The notes under the pieces were generated by a model. That model had not been told where the DNA came from and did no database searches. It saw only the letters and a list, made by a program, of their open reading frames with translations. Below are positions 59,553-64,000 of a stretch of DNA of 64,000 bases, one piece after another; the first letter of the stretch is position 1, and each line of letters starts with the position of its first letter. The position numbers and the translations under genes were made by a program. Origin of the DNA: Frankiales bacterium (GTDB taxonomy: Bacteria; Actinomycetota; Actinomycetes; S36-B12; CAIYMF01); NCBI GenBank assembly GCA_016125335.1, contig WGLY01000006.1:1-64000 (forward strand), in the 5' to 3' direction.

Positions 59553-60020
59553 TCAGGGAGTGCGCTCACCGCCGCGGTAGTCGGTCCACGCCAGCGTGGT
59601 GCCGGTGGCCGCGGTGCCGGCCACCGTGCTGGCGGCGGCCCCGCGCTCACCGGACCGGTACTGGGTCCAGGCGGTGTCGCTCAGGCCCATGTGCAGGCTG
59701 CTGGCGGCCGCGACCGCCCGTTCGCCGGTGCGGTACTCGTTCCAGGCCGTGTCGCTCAGGCCCATGTGCACGGTGCTCACCGGCACGAGCCAGACGACGA
59801 CGGCCGCGGCGAGCATCAGCACCATCAGCCCGAGGATGCCCAGGCCCATCCACAGCGTCGTGCGGTCGCGCGGGGTCTCGACCGGGACGGAGGGCGTGGT
59901 GCGCTCCGCCTCGGGGATCGGGTGGCCCTCGGGGACCTCGACGAGCGGCGGCATGTGCTCGATCGGCACCGTGGTGCGCGTCGTGGTGCTCTCGTCCAGA
60001 GGCGTCCTGGTGGTGACCAT
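59553..60020 (-). CDS. Small single-pass membrane protein with three tandem peptide repeats (LSDTAW-x-(E/Q)YR-x-GER)
   Basis: GGGAGG RBS. Thr/Pro-rich N-terminus. TM segment (LWMGLGILGLMVLMLAAAVVVWLV). Repeats also visible at the DNA level (59596-59760). Confidence 0.55.
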   Translation of the reverse strand: MVTTRTPLDESTTTRTTVPIEHMPPLVEVPEGHPIPEAERTTPSVPVETPRDRTTLWMGLGILGLMVLMLAAAVVVWLVPVSTVHMGLSDTAWNEYRTGERAVAAASSLHMGLSDTAWTQYRSGERGAAASTVAGTAATGTTLAWTDYRGGERTP

Positions 60021-60343
60021 CTCACGCCTCCCTTCACGCGTCCGGGCCCGTCCCGGACGGTTCCAGGCTCGCGCGCACGGGCCCGGCACGGGGTGCGCGG
60101 GAGCACGTCCGGACGTGCCCGCGGCGACATGGGACGGGAGGCCCCGGGGGCCGGGCTGGGCGAGCGGCCCGGCGGGGAGACGCGGATGGTGTACTGGCCG
60201 CCGGGCCCCGACGCGATCGACTCCGCACGTCGCGCGGGTCGCCCCGGCGCACGCCGATCCCGAGGGAGAGACCGATGGCGCACAGGACCCACGACCCCCG
60301 CGATGCACGCGTGGCGTCGCGACCGACCGGCGAGGACGCCTCA

Positions 60344-61137
60344 TGACCGGCGCCCCGGTGGGGTTCGTGGTGGCCGACCACGGCCCGGTCCGTGTCCTGC
60401 GGCTCTCGCGCCCGGAACGGCTCAACGCGGTGACCGACACGATGCTCGACTCGCTGGCCGACCACGTGGAGCGGGCGCCCCACGGCGTCCGCTGCCTGGT
60501 GCTCACGGGCGAGGGCCGGGCCTTCTGCTCCGGCGCGGACCTCCAGCCGGACGGCAGCGACCCCGACGGCAGCACGTCGTCGGCCGGTGTCGCCACGGTC
60601 GTGGCCGGCAACCGGCTCGTGCGGGCGCTGCGCGACACCCCGCTGCCCGTCGTCGCCGCCCTCAACGGCGCCACGGTCGGCATCGGCGTCTCCGTCGCCC
60701 TGGCGTGCGACCTCGTCGTCGCCGCCGACTCCGCCTACGTGCTGCTCCCGTTCACCGGGATCGGCCTGCTGCCCGACGGCGGGGCGACGGCCCTGGTCGC
60801 GGCGTCGGTGGGCCGGGCACTGGCGCTCTCGCTCACCCTGCGCCCCCGACGGGTGGCCGCAGAGGAGGCGCTGCGCATGGGCCTCCTGCACGAGGTGGTC
60901 GCCGGCGACGAGCTCGACCGCCACGTGCTCGACCTCGCCCAGGCGCTGGCCGACGGCTCGGGAGCCGCCCTCGCCGCGACGAAGCGGGCCGTCAACGCGG
61001 CCACGCTGCAGGGCCTCGACGACGCCCTCGAGCGCGAGCTGCGCGAGCAGGCGGTGCTCGTGCAGGGCGCCGACTTCGCCGAGGCCGTCGCGGCCTTCCG
61101 CGAGAAGCGCCCGCCGCGGTTCCACCCCGGCGGCTGA
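60344..61137 (+). CDS. Enoyl-CoA hydratase/isomerase (crotonase) family protein
   Basis: Oxyanion-hole segments (VLTGEGRAFCSGADL and AALNGATVGIGVSVALACDLVVA). Confidence 0.88.
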
Positions 61138-61216
61138 CAGCGAGGAGCCCCACCCCGTCGCACGACGCGAGCGGCGGACGGCCCCACCGGGCCGCCCGCC
61201 GCCGCGACAGGGTCGA

Positions 61217-61882
61217 TCAGGGCTTGGGCAGGAGCACGTCGCTGATGCCGTGCACCACCGCGTGCTGGGTCTGCACGACGTCGATCTTGCTCTTGACGAC
61301 CAGGTCGTTGAGCAGCCGGCCGTCACGGTCGACCAGCACGATCGTCGGGGTCCGCAGGATCCGCGAGAAGTTGATGACCCCCAGCTTCTGGCCGTTCGCC
61401 ATGGTCAGCTGCGTGCCGAACAGGGGCAGCTTCACCGCGTCCCCACCGGTCACCTTGGCACCCGGCAGGACGTGGTACAGCAGGATCTGGGTGACGGTCG
61501 GGATGCCCAGGCCGGCGATGGCGTCGAACACGGCCTTCTCGTCCACGGTGCGGCCCACCTTGTACCCCTTGGGCAGCAGCCCGAGCCGCAGCGCGGTCTG
61601 CTCGAAGGCGCGGTCGTTGGGCGCGAACAGCGTGAACGAGTCGAGCCCGGCGAGGATCTTGTCCGCACCGGTGACCAGCACGGCCTTGGTGACGATGTCG
61701 AAGTCGTAGGGGTTGCCGTCGTTGGAGACGGTGGGGTCGTTGTAGGTCGCGGTGAGCTGGGTCAGGAAGCTGTCGGTCTCCGACGTCGGCAGCGCGGAGG
61801 CAGCCGGGGCGGCCGCGAGGGCGGAGCCCGCGAGCAGGGCCGTGCCCGCGACGATCGCGGCGAGGCGGGTGCGAAGGCGCAT
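61217..61882 (-). CDS. Secreted fasciclin (FAS1) domain protein
   Basis: Signal peptide (MRLRTRLAAIVAGTALLAGSALAAAPAASA). FAS1 H1/H2 motifs (TLFAPNDRAF, HVLPG). Confidence 0.8.
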   Translation of the reverse strand: MRLRTRLAAIVAGTALLAGSALAAAPAASALPTSETDSFLTQLTATYNDPTVSNDGNPYDFDIVTKAVLVTGADKILAGLDSFTLFAPNDRAFEQTALRLGLLPKGYKVGRTVDEKAVFDAIAGLGIPTVTQILLYHVLPGAKVTGGDAVKLPLFGTQLTMANGQKLGVINFSRILRTPTIVLVDRDGRLLNDLVVKSKIDVVQTQHAVVHGISDVLLPKP

Positions 61883-62023
61883 GGTGTCGCTCCAGTGGTC
61901 GGGCCCGGCCGGCGCCGGGCTCTCCCCTCTCCTTCGCCCCGCACCCCGCCGATGGATGCAGCTGCTCACGATCCACTCGGACCTCGACCCGGGGCGCAGC
62001 GCCGCCGATGAGCTCGGAACCCG

Positions 62024-62057
62024 CTATCCATCATCATGATGTGTATAGTCTTGTTCA
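62024..62057. promoter_or_regulatory. AT-rich island with 10-bp perfect palindrome CATCATGATG inside a 25-bp imperfect palindrome, plus TATAGT -10-like hexamer
   Basis: Read directly. Local AT-richness stands out against ~73% GC. Sits in the divergent intergenic region between the fasciclin and SDR genes. Confidence 0.4.
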
Positions 62058-62175
62058 ACCGCCGGTGGCGCCGAACTGCAACGCCCGACCGGTCCTCGCG
62101 GTGCCGCCGGTCGTTCCATGAGCGGGTGGCGGCGGGCCGAGACGGAGCTCCGATCCTCAAGCGACGGGAGAAGCC

Positions 62176-62940
62176 GTGCTGCTGACAGACAAGGTCGCCC
62201 TCGTGACGGCGGGAGCCTCCGGAATGGGCCGGGCCGGCGCGGAGGTCTTCGCCGCCCACGGAGCCCACGTGATCGTCGTCGATGTCGACCCGACGGCCGC
62301 GCAGGCCACCGTGGACGCCATCCACGGAGCAGGGGGGAGTGCCGCGGCGGAGGTCGTCGACGTCCGGGACCTCGATGCGCTGCGCGACCTCGCGTCGCGG
62401 GTGGAAGGCGAGCACGGTCGCCTCGACATCCTCTACAACAACGTGGGGATCCCGGGCGCTGCGGGCATGCAGCTGACCGCGGCGGAGTGGGACACCGCGA
62501 TCGAGATCAACGCACGCGCGTCGTTCTTCCTCAGCGGCTTCCTGACCGACGCGCTCAAGCACGCCCAGGGAGCCTCGGTGATCTTCACCAGTTCGACCTC
62601 GGGCCTGGTTGGCTCACCCTTCAGCCCCTTGTACTCGTTCACGAAGGGCGGCGTCATAGCACTCGTGCGGTCGATGGCGCTCGCCCTGGCGGCCGACAAG
62701 GTGCGGGTCAACGCCATCGCCCCCGGGTCGGTGGAGACTCCGGGTCTGCCAGCCTTCTTCCGCACGGACGACGTGGAGGAGATCGAGGCGCGCAAGAAGG
62801 CGTTCCAGGCGCAGATCCCTCTCGGCCGCGCGTGCCAGCCGGAGGAGGTCGCGCAGGTGGCGCTCTTCCTGGCCAGCGACATGTCCAGCTACGTCACCGG
62901 CGTCACCATCCCGGTCGACGGCGGGCTGACGGCCAAGTAG
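62176..62940 (+). CDS. SDR-family NAD(P)-dependent oxidoreductase
   Basis: TGxxxGxG (VTAGASGMGRA), NNVG, catalytic YxxxK (YSFTKGG). GTG start. Confidence 0.9.
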   Translation: MLLTDKVALVTAGASGMGRAGAEVFAAHGAHVIVVDVDPTAAQATVDAIHGAGGSAAAEVVDVRDLDALRDLASRVEGEHGRLDILYNNVGIPGAAGMQLTAAEWDTAIEINARASFFLSGFLTDALKHAQGASVIFTSSTSGLVGSPFSPLYSFTKGGVIALVRSMALALAADKVRVNAIAPGSVETPGLPAFFRTDDVEEIEARKKAFQAQIPLGRACQPEEVAQVALFLASDMSSYVTGVTIPVDGGLTAK

Positions 62941-63002
62941 CCGCGCCGCCGGGCGTGGTCCGGGTCGACCAGTCCCAGGTCCGGATGCCGTGCCTCGGCC
63001 GG

Positions 63003-64000
63003 TCACTCCCGCAAATCTCGCACTGCCTGCTCGACGGATGCTCCGCCGGCCAGCAGCTGCCGGGCCTTGACCAGCGGGCCCGCCATCCCGATGCCGACCG
63101 CGCCGACGAGCCGCCCGACCTCGGACTCGACGAGCGCCAGCAGCACGCCCTCCTCCTCGCTGCCCCGCACCACGCGGATTCCGTGCTCGTTCGGTGGCTC
63201 CCCCACGACCTGGATCTTGCGACCGTGCTGGTCGGACCAGACGTAGGTCACCGGGGCGAACGGCGCCGCGGGCTCACCTGCCTCGTCCGCCAGCAGGGTG
63301 GCGACCGCAGCGGACGCCTGCTCCTGGGCGTTGGTCCAGTGCTCGAGCCGGATCTCGCCACGCTCGGGGTGACGCCACCGCGCGACGTCGCCCGCAGCGA
63401 CCACCCCCGGGACCGGCTGCCCCCGCTCGTCGAGCACCCGGCACGCCTCGTCGCAGCGGACGCCGTTGCCCAGCGCCAGCCCCGAGCCGACGAGCCAGTC
63501 CGTGGACGGCTCGGCTCCGACCCCCGCCACCACGCAGTCCACCTCGACCTCCGAGCCGTCGCTGAGGCCGACCCGCAGCCCTCCGTGCGCCGGCGTCGCC
63601 GATGCCACCGTGACACCGCAGCGCACATGCACCCCTCGCGACTCGTGCAACGAGGTGCAGACCCGGCCGAGGCGCGGGCCCAGACCGCGCAGCAGGAGGA
63701 CGGGCTGCGGCTCGACGAGGACCACGTCCAGGCCACGACCGCGAGCGGTGGAGGCGACCTCCGCGCCGATGAAGCCACCACCCACCACCAGCACGCGCTG
63801 GGACCGGTCGAGCTCGGCCTTCAGGGCCACGGCGTCGTCGAGGGTGCGCAGGTGGAACAGCCTGCTCCCCGCGCCCTCCAGCCCGGCGACACGGCGGGCG
63901 GACGCTCCTGTGGCGATCACCAGCCGGTCGAACTCCAGCTCGAACGCCCCGCCGGCGTCGCGCTGGACGGCGACCGTCCGCCGGCGCAGGTCCACCCCGG
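63003..64000 (-). CDS. FAD/NAD(P)-binding pyridine nucleotide-disulfide oxidoreductase (ferredoxin-reductase-like); N-terminal part lies beyond the window end
   Basis: NAD-binding GxGxxG (VVGGGFIGAEVA). Reductase C-terminal dimerisation domain. ORF open at the 64000 edge. Confidence 0.8.
   Translation of the reverse strand, partial: GVDLRRRTVAVQRDAGGAFELEFDRLVIATGASARRVAGLEGAGSRLFHLRTLDDAVALKAELDRSQRVLVVGGGFIGAEVASTARGRGLDVVLVEPQPVLLLRGLGPRLGRVCTSLHESRGVHVRCGVTVASATPAHGGLRVGLSDGSEVEVDCVVAGVGAEPSTDWLVGSGLALGNGVRCDEACRVLDERGQPVPGVVAAGDVARWRHPERGEIRLEHWTNAQEQASAAVATLLADEAGEPAAPFAPVTYVWSDQHGRKIQVVGEPPNEHGIRVVRGSEEEGVLLALVESEVGRLVGAVGIGMAGPLVKARQLLAGGASVEQAVRDLRE

Overview
High-GC (about 72-73% GC) actinobacterial chromosomal segment with dense coding on both strands. 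The first ~21 kb is a conserved Actinomycetota core block: ctaB, a TlpA-like/SCO1 copper-delivery pair, an OmpR-family two-component system, then the classic ppa / dacB / tilS / hpt / ftsH / folE-folP-folB-folK-DUF3180 arrangement, with GTGA/ATGA start-stop overlaps suggesting translational coupling. From ~19.7 kb onward the content is more accessory-like. It includes a flotillin (SPFH) gene with a small NfeD-like partner and three 36-bp tandem palindrome-bearing repeats in its leader. It also carries a circularly permuted ATP-grasp / alpha-E / transglutaminase / DUF1349 cassette, a two-gene cytoplasm-facing molybdoenzyme (fused 4Fe-4S-NrfD subunit plus Mo-bisPGD catalytic subunit), and a translationally coupled PoxB-like TPP enzyme / FAD-FeS 2-hydroxyacid oxidase / enolase-superfamily operon followed by two anion transporters. 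Further accessory genes are a processive GT2 synthase with a coupled micro-ORF, a phosphoesterase-family PLC lipoprotein with a Crp regulator, and a small membrane protein with triple internal peptide repeats. No rRNA, tRNA or CRISPR array was detected. Many long ORFs in the six-frame track are antisense artefacts typical of high-GC DNA and were not called. All calls rest on motif and domain recognition by eye plus start/RBS inspection; no database search was possible.
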